Shown here piece by piece: positions 42,740-52,505 of a stretch of DNA of 64,000 bases. The notes under the pieces were generated by a model. The model did no database searches. It was not told where the DNA came from and was given only the letters and a program-made list of their open reading frames with translations. The stretch's first letter is position 1; each line of letters opens with the position of its first letter. The DNA is taken from NCBI GenBank assembly GCA_017536685.1, contig JAFXGW010000042.1, forward strand, positions 47,313 to 111,312, read 5' to 3'. The position numbers and the translations under genes are program-made. This stretch comes from Clostridia bacterium. Lineage in GTDB: Bacteria; Bacillota; Clostridia; TANB77; CAG-508.

Positions 42740-44749
42740 GTGGAAAAGAAAAACAAAATAAATTGGAATGACACACCTAGTAATATAATATCTTTTAGAT
42801 ATGCATCAATTGCATTTGTAATAGTTTTAATATTAATGATAATAATACCAAAAATATTAAATTATGGTCCTGGAACAATTAATACAGAATTTGACATACA
42901 AATGTCAAATATATCTTATAATACACAATTTTTTATTATAGGAACTGCTGTAATTGTAGGAATTGTATTATTTACAAAATTTTTATTAAGAGATATAGAC
43001 AAATGGTATAAAAGTCCAGTAGATAAAAGATATAAAGACAAAGAAAAAATTAAGATGATAAGAAAAAAATGTTTAACTTTGCCATATATTTTTTATATGT
43101 TTGAAATATTAACACCATCAGTTATTACAATCATAGTATTATCTTTAACTGGAAGTCATTTTAATATAATGATAGCAAAAATAATAATGTTACTTGCATC
43201 ATTTTCTGTTTTACTTGGTGTTGCATCATTTATATTTTCCAAAAATTTATATGATGAAATTTTGACTAAAACATATATTGAAGGATCAGAAATTGGATTT
43301 AGAGTAAGTTTAAGAAAAAGGATGTTTATATTAGTATTTCCAATATGTTTAGTTTCAATAATACTTACAGCTTTAGTTGGTTATTCTGGTAGTGTTATTG
43401 AAAAAGAAGAGGTACTATATACAGCTTATAATCAAATAATTGAAGAAAACTTTGATAAAGATAAAATTTATACCAAGGAAGAAATAATAAGTATAGCGAA
43501 AAATATTGAGTTATATAACAAAGAAGATACTATTTTTCTTGTTTTAAGTGATAAAACAGTTGATATTATAAATGGAAAAAAAGTAAGTGATTTTGTTGTT
43601 GAATATATATTTCAAATTTCAGAACAAAATGAAGGAAGATTATATGATAGTTATGGTGTAGATAATCAAGGTGTTTCAATGAAACTAAAAACACAAGAGG
43701 GAGAGGATGTTTATTTAGGAATTTTATATAATATTTATTCTCGTACAACTTTAGTATATCTTGTAGTAACAGTTTTAGTTTTGGCTGTTGTAAGTTGCAT
43801 GATAATAGGTATTTTTGGTTCTTCAATAACAAATAGTTTAAGACAAATATATCAAGGATTTAAAAATATTTCCAATAATTCAAAAAAAGAAACATTACTT
43901 CCAGTAGTTTCAAATGATGAAATTGGAGATTTGGTAATTGCATTTAATGATATTCAAAAATTGAATAATGAACAACTTGAAGAAATTCATAATAAACAAA
44001 ATATGCTGATAGAAAGAGAACGTTTAGCATCTTTAGGACAAATGGTTGGAGGAATTGCTCACAGCTTAAAAACACCAATATTTTCAATTTCTGGTGGAGT
44101 TACAGAATTAACTGATTTAGTAAATGAGTTTGATGCTTCTATAGGAAATCCAACTGTAAATGATGAAGATATGCATGATATAGCAAAAGATATGAATACA
44201 TGGCTTCAAAAAATTAAAAATCAAGTTTCATATATGTCTGAAGTTATAACTACAGTAAAAGGGCAAGCAGTAAGTTTATCTGGAGATGATACTGTAGAAT
44301 TTACAATAAAAGAACTATTTAATCATACAAATATTTTAATGAAACATGAACTTCAAAGTGCTTTAGTTACATTGAATATAATAAATAAAGTTGATGATAA
44401 TACTATTTTAAAAGGGAATATAAATAGTTTGGTACAAGTTTTAAATAACTTGATTTCAAATGCAATTCAAGCTTATAAAAAAGAACCTAATAAATCTATA
44501 GATTTAATTGCAAAAGAAAATGACAATAATATATTAATTATCGTAAAAGATTATGGACCAGGTATTCCAGATAATATAAAAGAAAAATTGTTTAAAGAAA
44601 TGATAACAACTAAAGGAAAAGAAGGAACTGGACTTGGTGTATTTATGTCATATTCAATGATAAGAGCTAAATTTAATGGAGATATAAAATTGAAAACTTC
44701 CAGCGAAGGAACTGAATTTACAATATATTTACCTATAAGAAATATGTAA
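42740..44749 (+). CDS. Multi-TM sensor histidine kinase with HAMP-like linker
   Basis: H-box GIAHSLKTP, N-box NLISNA, DYGPGI, GTGLG; several TM helices. Confidence 0.92.
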   Translation: MEKKNKINWNDTPSNIISFRYASIAFVIVLILMIIIPKILNYGPGTINTEFDIQMSNISYNTQFFIIGTAVIVGIVLFTKFLLRDIDKWYKSPVDKRYKDKEKIKMIRKKCLTLPYIFYMFEILTPSVITIIVLSLTGSHFNIMIAKIIMLLASFSVLLGVASFIFSKNLYDEILTKTYIEGSEIGFRVSLRKRMFILVFPICLVSIILTALVGYSGSVIEKEEVLYTAYNQIIEENFDKDKIYTKEEIISIAKNIELYNKEDTIFLVLSDKTVDIINGKKVSDFVVEYIFQISEQNEGRLYDSYGVDNQGVSMKLKTQEGEDVYLGILYNIYSRTTLVYLVVTVLVLAVVSCMIIGIFGSSITNSLRQIYQGFKNISNNSKKETLLPVVSNDEIGDLVIAFNDIQKLNNEQLEEIHNKQNMLIERERLASLGQMVGGIAHSLKTPIFSISGGVTELTDLVNEFDASIGNPTVNDEDMHDIAKDMNTWLQKIKNQVSYMSEVITTVKGQAVSLSGDDTVEFTIKELFNHTNILMKHELQSALVTLNIINKVDDNTILKGNINSLVQVLNNLISNAIQAYKKEPNKSIDLIAKENDNNILIIVKDYGPGIPDNIKEKLFKEMITTKGKEGTGLGVFMSYSMIRAKFNGDIKLKTSSEGTEFTIYLPIRNM

Positions 44750-44765
44750 TATGGAGGAAAAATAG

Positions 44766-45851
44766 ATGAGACTTTCTGAACAAAAAAGAGAAATTGAAAA
44801 TCAAAATATTGAAAATGATAAAAACAAAAAATATAAAATTATTGCTGTTGATGATGAGATTGGAATTATAGATTCTTTGACTGTATTTTTGAAACATTCT
44901 GGATATACTTTGGTAGGGTGTACAAATCCATATGAGGCAATAGAAAAAGTAAAAAATGAGCATTTTGATTTAATGCTGCTAGATTTTATGATGGATCCAA
45001 TACATGGAGATACTGTTGTTGAAGAAATAAGAAAATTTAACAAAGATTTATATATTATTTTACTAACAGGACATAGATCTTTAGTTCCTCCACTTGAAAC
45101 AATAAAGAAATTATCAATTCAAGCTTACTGTGAAAAAGAAGATAAATTTGATCAATTGTTATTACTGATTGAATCTGCATTTAAATCAATTGAGCAAATG
45201 CAAACAATTAGAGAAATGAATGATGAATTAAAATCACAAAAAGAAATGGTGGAAAAAGCATATTTAGAAACAATTCAAATGCTTAGATATACAGTTGAGG
45301 CTAAAGATTCGTATACAAGAGGACACTCAGATAGAGTTTCAGCATATTCGGTTTTAATTGGTGAAGAGTTAGGACTTTATGATAAAGATTTGAGAGTTTT
45401 AAAAGTTGGTGGCTTATTTCATGATATAGGTAAAATTGGAATTTCAGATACAATTTTATTAAAACCAGGAAAGTTAACTGATGAAGAATATAATGAATTA
45501 AAAAAACATCCAGCTATAGGAAAACAAATAGTAGAAAAATCAAGTATTTTTAGAGATTTAACTCCAATCATTTATTCTCATCATGAAAGATATGACGGTA
45601 ATGGTTATCCAATGAAGTTAAAAGGTGAAGATATATCTTTCTTAGCAAGAATTGTATCAGTAGCAGATGCTTTTGATGCAATGACTTCAAGACGTTCTTA
45701 TAGAGATAAGCTTGAATTGGACTATGTAAAAGACCAAATAAAGCAAGGTGCTGGAAGTCAGTTTGATCCAGAAGTTGCTAATAAATTTTTAGATATTTTA
45801 GAAAATAAATATGAAAAAATAGAAGAAATTATGAATAAATTTCCAAGTTAA
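44766..45851 (+). CDS. Response regulator with HD-GYP output (cyclic dinucleotide phosphodiesterase)
   Basis: REC (VDDE, LLDFMM); HDIGKIG, HHERYDGNGYP, DAFDAMTS. Confidence 0.92.
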   Translation: MRLSEQKREIENQNIENDKNKKYKIIAVDDEIGIIDSLTVFLKHSGYTLVGCTNPYEAIEKVKNEHFDLMLLDFMMDPIHGDTVVEEIRKFNKDLYIILLTGHRSLVPPLETIKKLSIQAYCEKEDKFDQLLLLIESAFKSIEQMQTIREMNDELKSQKEMVEKAYLETIQMLRYTVEAKDSYTRGHSDRVSAYSVLIGEELGLYDKDLRVLKVGGLFHDIGKIGISDTILLKPGKLTDEEYNELKKHPAIGKQIVEKSSIFRDLTPIIYSHHERYDGNGYPMKLKGEDISFLARIVSVADAFDAMTSRRSYRDKLELDYVKDQIKQGAGSQFDPEVANKFLDILENKYEKIEEIMNKFPS

Positions 45852-46095
45852 TATAGTTATATAAGAAGTGTATTTGCAATATACACTTCTTATTTTTTGA
45901 GTATTGAAAATTGTTACAATTAAATATTAAAATAATATATTTTAGAAATAAATTATAGCTTAAAATGTGAAAAAATAATGATTAAATATTTTAAAAAATC
46001 TCTTGATATTCTTGATGAAAAAAAGTGTATATGATATAATCAACAATACAATATGGGAAATTATGTCATATAGGATGTAGAAATGGAGAAAATAT

Positions 46096-47406
46096 ATGCT
46101 TGAAAAATTATTTTTTTGCTTACTGGCATGTTCATTATTTATAATAATTTTTTCTAAGATAATAAGAAGAAATGATGCAAACTATATGCTATTCCTAGTG
46201 CTACAAGCAATAGGAATAGCTGTAGCTTTTATAGAAATAAACTTGAAGATTGAAGAAAATGCTTTTTGGTGGGCTATTAGATATTTGTTTTCAATAATAA
46301 TTCCACTTGTGATAATACTTATGGAGCTAAGAGGGTTAAATTTTTCAGAACTATTAAGTGTTGCTGCTGCCAAGTTTTTTATGATGTTAGGTGATACCAA
46401 AAAAGCTAAAGCAATTTTAGTAAAATTAGTTACTAAATATAATGACAGTTATTTAGGTCATAAATTATTAGCTGAGTGTTATGAAAAAGAAGGTGGAATG
46501 AGAAGAGCTATTGATGAATATGTGACGGCGGTAGATATTAATAAAAAAGATTATAAATCATATTTTAAAATAGCAGATTTACTAAGAGATTTAGGAAAAA
46601 AAGATGAAGCAATACAAATGCTTGAACATTTAGTAAAAACTAAACCAGATTGCTATGAAGCATCTTGTTTATTGGGAGAATTATTATGCGAGCAAGAACG
46701 ATTTAAAGAAGCTGCGAATGTTTATAACGCTGCTTTAATATATAATCCCGGAGAATTTGAACTATATTATAACTTAGGAATTGTGTATACCAGATTAAGC
46801 GATTTTCAAATGGCAAAAGAAATGTACGAAAAAGCTGCCGCGATTAATCATAAGATGTATGGAGCAAATTATAATTTAGGATTAATTGCATTTATACAAA
46901 GAGATTATGATACTGCAGAAAAATTCTTTGAAAATAGTTTGTATGGTGAATTAGAAGCGATGTCTTATTATCAACTTGCAAAAATTTATGTTCATAAAGG
47001 TGATAAAGATAAGGCAATAAATTTTTTGAATAAGGCTATAGAGTTAGAACCAAGCCTTTTAAAAGTGGCTGAAAAAGAAAAAACATTTGAAAAAATAAAA
47101 GAATATATAACAGTTTCTGTAAAAATGGATGAAAAAGAAAATTTGGATGATGATGAAATTGAAGAGGAAGAAAAAAGAAGTGAAGTATTAATTCTTCAAG
47201 AAAATGAAGCTAGAAAGTATTTAGAAGATACTCTAAAACTTATTGATGAAATGAGCGAATCTTTTTCGAAACAGAGAATTGATGAAAAATTGAATTATAT
47301 TTTTAATAAAGAGAAAGATAAGAAAGAACTAGAAGAAAAAGTATTTGAAGAAAAAGATATAGAAAAAGCTAATGAGAAGACGCAAAAGGAATTGGGAACA
47401 AATTAA
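46096..47406 (+). CDS. Membrane-anchored TPR protein
   Basis: Three N-terminal TM helices and TPR-like repeats (YYNLGIVY, NYNLGLIA). Confidence 0.85.
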   Translation: MLEKLFFCLLACSLFIIIFSKIIRRNDANYMLFLVLQAIGIAVAFIEINLKIEENAFWWAIRYLFSIIIPLVIILMELRGLNFSELLSVAAAKFFMMLGDTKKAKAILVKLVTKYNDSYLGHKLLAECYEKEGGMRRAIDEYVTAVDINKKDYKSYFKIADLLRDLGKKDEAIQMLEHLVKTKPDCYEASCLLGELLCEQERFKEAANVYNAALIYNPGEFELYYNLGIVYTRLSDFQMAKEMYEKAAAINHKMYGANYNLGLIAFIQRDYDTAEKFFENSLYGELEAMSYYQLAKIYVHKGDKDKAINFLNKAIELEPSLLKVAEKEKTFEKIKEYITVSVKMDEKENLDDDEIEEEEKRSEVLILQENEARKYLEDTLKLIDEMSESFSKQRIDEKLNYIFNKEKDKKELEEKVFEEKDIEKANEKTQKELGTN

Positions 47407-47466
47407 TTTGTAGTTAAAAGTACGTATGGTAAATTTATAAATAAAAGAGAGGAAATGGTGATTGAT

Positions 47467-48330
47467 ATGGAAAAATCAATAACAGTTGTTGGTGGAGATT
47501 TACGTATAGTAAAACTTATTGAAATGCTAGATTGTGATGGATATAAGGTGTATACGTATGGTCTTGAAAATTCAGAAGAAGTTTTAAATTTAGAAAGAGT
47601 AGAAATGTGTCCTACCTTAGAAGAAGCTGTTTCAGCTTCAAAAATTGTTGTTGGACCAATTCCATTATCAAGTGATAGAAAAAGACTTTCAACACCTTTT
47701 GGAAGAAATAGTGTTGAACTTGGGGATTTTGTAAATGCGTTAAAAGGGAAATATTTAATTGCAGGAAATATTGGAATAAAAGAAGAATTAGATGCTAATG
47801 GGGTCCAATATACAGATCTTTTAAAAAGAGAAGAATTTTCTGTATTAAACACAATTGCTACTGCAGAAGGAACAATTCAAATAACAATGGAAGAAACGCA
47901 AAGAACTGTTCATGGTTCAAATGTTTTAGTAATGGGATTTGGAAGAATAGGAAAAGTTTTAGCTAAGATGCTAGATGGAATTGGAGCTAAGGTATATTGT
48001 GAGGCTAGAAAAAACGAAGATATATCATGGATCAAGGCTTATGGTTATAATCCAATTCATTTAAATGATTTAAATGAAAATTTAAATAAATTTGATATAA
48101 TTATTAATACAATACCATTTCAAATTTTAGATGAAGAACGATTAAATTTGGTAAAAAAAGAATCTATAATAATAGATTTAGCCTCAAATCCAGGTGGAGT
48201 TGATAGAAAAGCCGCGAGAGAAAAAGGAATAAAAGTAATTTGGGCATTATCGTTACCTGCTAAAGTTGCTCCACTTACATCTGCTGAATTCATAAAGGAA
48301 ACGCTATATCATGTATTAAAAGAGTTATAG
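47467..48330 (+). CDS. dpaA: Dipicolinate synthase subunit A (SpoVFA)
   Basis: VVGGDLR, N-IATAEG, GFGRIGK, IDLASNPGG, LPAKVAP. Confidence 0.9.
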   Translation: MEKSITVVGGDLRIVKLIEMLDCDGYKVYTYGLENSEEVLNLERVEMCPTLEEAVSASKIVVGPIPLSSDRKRLSTPFGRNSVELGDFVNALKGKYLIAGNIGIKEELDANGVQYTDLLKREEFSVLNTIATAEGTIQITMEETQRTVHGSNVLVMGFGRIGKVLAKMLDGIGAKVYCEARKNEDISWIKAYGYNPIHLNDLNENLNKFDIIINTIPFQILDEERLNLVKKESIIIDLASNPGGVDRKAAREKGIKVIWALSLPAKVAPLTSAEFIKETLYHVLKEL

Positions 48331-48468
48331 AAAATTAAAATTTTATAAAGTTTGCATAAATTTATAAAATCAAAATAATTATATACGAAAATGTAGATAT
48401 AAAAAATGAATGTAATAATAAAAGTTTAACATTCATAAAAATATTATAATAAAAAACGGAGGATAAAA

Positions 48469-49296
48469 ATGACTGTATTACAGGCTTTAATATTAGGAAT
48501 TGTTCAAGGATTAACAGAATTATTACCAGTGTCAAGTTCTGCACATTTAAATGTTTTACCTTGGATATTTAACTGGACTAAAAACCCACAATTTGTTGAA
48601 GAATTTGGAGGTTCATTTGATGTTGCACTTCATTTTGGAACATTAATTGCTATTGGATTATTTTTTATAAAAGATTGGATTAAATTAATAAAAGCTGGTT
48701 TTAATAAAGTAGTAAAAAAAGAAGATTCTATTGAAGGAAAAATGTTTTGGTATTTAGTTATAGCTACTATACCAGCTGGAATTTTAGCTTTAGTTTTGGA
48801 TGAAGTTTCTGAGGCAATAATCAATGGAAACTTTAAATTAGAAATGGCAATGATTGCTATAGCATTAATTGTTATGGGAATTATTCTTGCGATAGTAGAT
48901 AAAAAAGCAGAAAGCAAACATAAATATGAGGACATAACTTTAAAGCAATCTTTACTTGTTGGAATTTCTCAAGCTTTAGCAGCAGCTTTTCCTGGAGTTT
49001 CACGTTCTGGAATTACAATGACAGTTGCAAGAAGTTTGAAGATAGATAGAGAAAGTGCTGCAAAATTTTCGTTTTTGTTATCAACTCCTATTGTTGCAGC
49101 TGCGGTTTTAGTTGATATAACAGAATTTGCGTTAACTTCAATTCCTTTTTGGATTGGTGTTTTGTCAAGCTTTGTTGTAGGACTAATTGTAGTAAAATTT
49201 TTGATGGATTATTTGAAAAAAGGAAGTTTTAAAGTATTTGCAATATATAGAGTAATACTTGGAATTATAATATTAGGATTAATATTTATAAGATAA
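48469..49296 (+). CDS. uppP: Undecaprenyl-diphosphate phosphatase
   Basis: QGLTELLPVSSSAH, PGVSRSG. Confidence 0.95.
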   Translation: MTVLQALILGIVQGLTELLPVSSSAHLNVLPWIFNWTKNPQFVEEFGGSFDVALHFGTLIAIGLFFIKDWIKLIKAGFNKVVKKEDSIEGKMFWYLVIATIPAGILALVLDEVSEAIINGNFKLEMAMIAIALIVMGIILAIVDKKAESKHKYEDITLKQSLLVGISQALAAAFPGVSRSGITMTVARSLKIDRESAAKFSFLLSTPIVAAAVLVDITEFALTSIPFWIGVLSSFVVGLIVVKFLMDYLKKGSFKVFAIYRVILGIIILGLIFIR

Positions 49297-49312
49297 AATA
49301 GGAGGAAAAGAT

Positions 49313-49936
49313 ATGGCTCGTGGAAAACATTCTTTGCACTCATATAATGGTACATATGATGATTATGAAGATGAAGATAAAGCAAAAAGGAATACAATCA
49401 CTATAATAGTAGTTGCATTAGTTATTATAGCAATTGTTGTGTTTGCGATAATTTGCTTTAAAAATTTTAAAAATCAAGAAAAAGAGACTGTAAATAATGT
49501 TGGAGAAGAAACAACTACTCTAAAAGAAACAATGATTTCTACATACCAAGGATACGATGTACTTGGAAAAATAATAATTGATGAATTTGAAATTGAACAA
49601 TATATATTAGATTCTAGAGAAGATAAAGCATTAGAATGTGGTGTAATTAAACTATATGGTGGAAGTTTAAATAACTATGGAAATTTTTGTATAGCTGGAC
49701 ATAATAAAGCTGGTGTATTTGAAAAGTTAGAAGAAATGGAAACTGGTAGTAACTTTAAAATTGTTGAACCAAATTTAACTGAAACTGAATATAAAATAAC
49801 TGAAATTTATTCTGTTGAAGCTGATGATTTGAAATGTTTAATGCAAGATGATGAAAAAATAGAAATAACTTTAATAACATGTGAAAATGCTTCAACGACA
49901 AGATTAATTGTAAAAGCAGAAGAAATAAAAAAATAA
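49313..49936 (+). CDS. Sortase
   Basis: N-terminal TM helix; catalytic AGH, TLITC and R. Confidence 0.88.
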   Translation: MARGKHSLHSYNGTYDDYEDEDKAKRNTITIIVVALVIIAIVVFAIICFKNFKNQEKETVNNVGEETTTLKETMISTYQGYDVLGKIIIDEFEIEQYILDSREDKALECGVIKLYGGSLNNYGNFCIAGHNKAGVFEKLEEMETGSNFKIVEPNLTETEYKITEIYSVEADDLKCLMQDDEKIEITLITCENASTTRLIVKAEEIKK

Positions 49937-49971
49937 ATTCAAAAGAAAATGAAAAAGAGGATGGGTGAAAT

Positions 49972-51324
49972 ATGAAGAAAATAATATCTCAAATTTCATT
50001 AATGATATTAATAATTATACTTGTAGGAATTTCAAATTTTGCTCCAAAAGTATATGCAGCAAGTTTAGCTGGAATAAACTGCGTAAGCACAGTGAATGAG
50101 GGAGATTCATTTACAGTATCATTAATTTATCCTTCTGGATATGAAATAACATCAGCACAAGCTAATGTAACTGTTACATATAGTGATAATTCGAAACAAT
50201 CAGATGTAATTGTGTATATGAATCGTGAAGATATGCAATCAGATCAAAAAGCAAAGTTTACTGCAAAAGCTGCGGGAACAGCTCAAATATCTGTAACTAA
50301 TATATTAATGGTTAAAACTGATGGAGAAACAGTTGAAAGTGATGGAAGTAAAACTGCAACCTTAACTGTTGTTGGAAAAACATCAGGAAATAACAATACT
50401 GGAAATGGCTCTGGAAGTAATACTGGAAATGCGGGTTCTTCAAATTCAGGTAGTGGGAACGGAACTTCTTCATCAGGTAACGGTTCTAACGCAAATGGAG
50501 GTGCTGGAAGTTCTAATAATGGAAGTTCTAATTCAGGAACTTCAAATACGGGAAATCCAACTCCAAGTGGACCTAAATTTACAGAAGTAAATGAAACTGT
50601 TTATACTACAACTAAATGTAATTTAAGAGAAAGTTATTCGACAAGTAGTAACAAAATTGCTACTGTTGAGAGTGAAACAAAATTAATTAGAAAAGGTATT
50701 GGAGATAATGGGTGGTCAAAATGTGAATATAACGGAAAAGTAGTTTATGTTTCTAGCCAGTATTTAACTCAAAAAGCACCTACTACCAATAATGATGATA
50801 AAGAAAAACCAGTTGAAAAAGAACCTGAAAAAGTTAATTTTAAGGACACTAATGAAAATTTATATGCGAAACAAAGTTGTAATTTAAGAGCAAGTTGGAG
50901 TACAGATAGTGAAAAAGTTGGATATTTGGAAAAAGGACAAGCTGTTGAAAGGACTGGATATGCAGAGAATGGTTGGTCGAGAATATTATATAATGGAAAA
51001 ACAGTTTATGTAGCATCAAGATTGCTAACTGTTGAAAAACCAGAAGAAAATCAAAAAACAGAAGAAAATGAAAATATTGCCAATACAGTAGATAAAGATC
51101 CATCTTCTAGTGATAATGCAATAGACAGTGAAAATGTAGATCCAACACAAATGACAGAAGAAGAAATATTAAAAGAAATAGAATCAGAAATAGGTGTATT
51201 ACCAGAGGTTGGAATAAATGTTGCTAATATAGCTTATGTTGCTGTTACAATAATGGCTGTTTGCGGATTATGTGCTGGTATTATATATGTTGTATTTATA
51301 AAAAATAAAGAGGAGGATTGTTAG
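49972..51324 (+). CDS. Surface protein with two SH3b domains and an LPEVG sorting-like signal
   Basis: Signal peptide, G/S/N linker, two CNLR…NGWS…YNGK-VYV repeats, LPEVG followed by TM helix and charged tail. Confidence 0.82.
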   Translation: MKKIISQISLMILIIILVGISNFAPKVYAASLAGINCVSTVNEGDSFTVSLIYPSGYEITSAQANVTVTYSDNSKQSDVIVYMNREDMQSDQKAKFTAKAAGTAQISVTNILMVKTDGETVESDGSKTATLTVVGKTSGNNNTGNGSGSNTGNAGSSNSGSGNGTSSSGNGSNANGGAGSSNNGSSNSGTSNTGNPTPSGPKFTEVNETVYTTTKCNLRESYSTSSNKIATVESETKLIRKGIGDNGWSKCEYNGKVVYVSSQYLTQKAPTTNNDDKEKPVEKEPEKVNFKDTNENLYAKQSCNLRASWSTDSEKVGYLEKGQAVERTGYAENGWSRILYNGKTVYVASRLLTVEKPEENQKTEENENIANTVDKDPSSSDNAIDSENVDPTQMTEEEILKEIESEIGVLPEVGINVANIAYVAVTIMAVCGLCAGIIYVVFIKNKEEDC

Positions 51325-51344
51325 TCTCTAACAAGAATGTTGAA

Positions 51345-52193
51345 ATGGCTGAAATAATTGATGGTAAAGAACTTGCAAAAAAAGTAAGAAAAGACTTAAA
51401 AGAAGAGGTAGAAATTTTAAAAAAGAAAGGTATTAATCCAAAACTTGCAGTGATAATGGTTGGAAACGATCCTGGTTCTACAGTTTATGTAAGAAATAAG
51501 TCAAAAGCTTGTGAAAAAGTTGGAATTGAGTTTGAAGAATTTTTATTTGAAGAATCAATTTCTGAAGAAAAACTTTTAGAAACTATAGAAATGCTAAATA
51601 GAGATGATAAAGTACATGGAATTTTACTTCAATGTCCAGTCCCAAAACATATTAATGTAAATAAAGCATTTAGAGCAATTTCACCAAATAAAGATGTGGA
51701 CGGATTTAATCCTATAAATGTTGGAAATTTAACAATTGGAGAAGATGCATTTATCTCTTGTACACCTTTTGGCGTTGTAAAGATGTTAGAAGAATATAAT
51801 ATTGAAACAGAAGGCAAAAATGCAGTTATTTTAGGAAGAAGTAATATTGTGGGAAAACCTATGATTCAATGTATGCTTAACAAAAATTCAACAGTTACTG
51901 TATGTCATTCAAGAACTAGAGATATTGATGAAGTAATAAAAAGAGCAGATATTGTTATAGCTGCAATTGGAAAACCAAAATTTGTAAAATCTGATATGAT
52001 AAAAGAGGGTGCGGTTGTAATTGATGTCGGAATAAATAGATTAGAAGATGGAACAATTTGTGGGGACGTTGACTATGAGGCAGTTCTAGATAAAGCAAAA
52101 TATATTACTCCAGTTCCTGGAGGAGTTGGACCAATGACAATTGCGATGCTTTTAAATAATGTTGTAAAAGCTGCTAAATTAAAATTAAATTAA
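51345..52193 (+). CDS. folD: Methylenetetrahydrofolate dehydrogenase/cyclohydrolase
   Basis: IIDGK, KDVDGF, GRSNIVGKP, TPVPGGVGPMT. Confidence 0.97.
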   Translation: MAEIIDGKELAKKVRKDLKEEVEILKKKGINPKLAVIMVGNDPGSTVYVRNKSKACEKVGIEFEEFLFEESISEEKLLETIEMLNRDDKVHGILLQCPVPKHINVNKAFRAISPNKDVDGFNPINVGNLTIGEDAFISCTPFGVVKMLEEYNIETEGKNAVILGRSNIVGKPMIQCMLNKNSTVTVCHSRTRDIDEVIKRADIVIAAIGKPKFVKSDMIKEGAVVIDVGINRLEDGTICGDVDYEAVLDKAKYITPVPGGVGPMTIAMLLNNVVKAAKLKLN

Positions 52194-52202
52194 TTAAATA
52201 AT

Positions 52203-52240
52203 AAGGGGCATAGAATTTATATTCTATGCTCTTTTCTTTT
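52203..52240 (+). terminator. Intrinsic terminator
   Basis: GGGGCATAGAAT-ttat-ATTCTATGCTCTTTT. Confidence 0.75.
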
Positions 52241-52250
52241 TTATAAAAAT

Positions 52251-52486
52251 TAAATAATAATTTGTCGGTTAGGTTATATAAATAGCTATAAGTTAATTAT
52301 ATATTTGTGTAATCCGTTTTCTTGCTGGTCAGGCAATGATTAAAAAATTTTAACGCTCAAAATTCGTTCGCTAATTTTTTAATCAACAGCTTCGCTGACC
52401 CTCCCGGTACTGCGCGAAAACTCTTACAAAAATATATAATTAACTTATGACAAAATTAAATTATTAGTTCGACAAATTATTATTTA
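52251..52486. repeat. Long nested palindromic element, family A, copy 2
   Basis: Perfect 17-bp terminal IR TAAATAATAATTTGTCG/CGACAAATTATTATTTA; homologous to 9757-10007. Confidence 0.8.
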
Positions 52487-52505
52487 CAGTGTTGGAGGAG
52501 AATGC

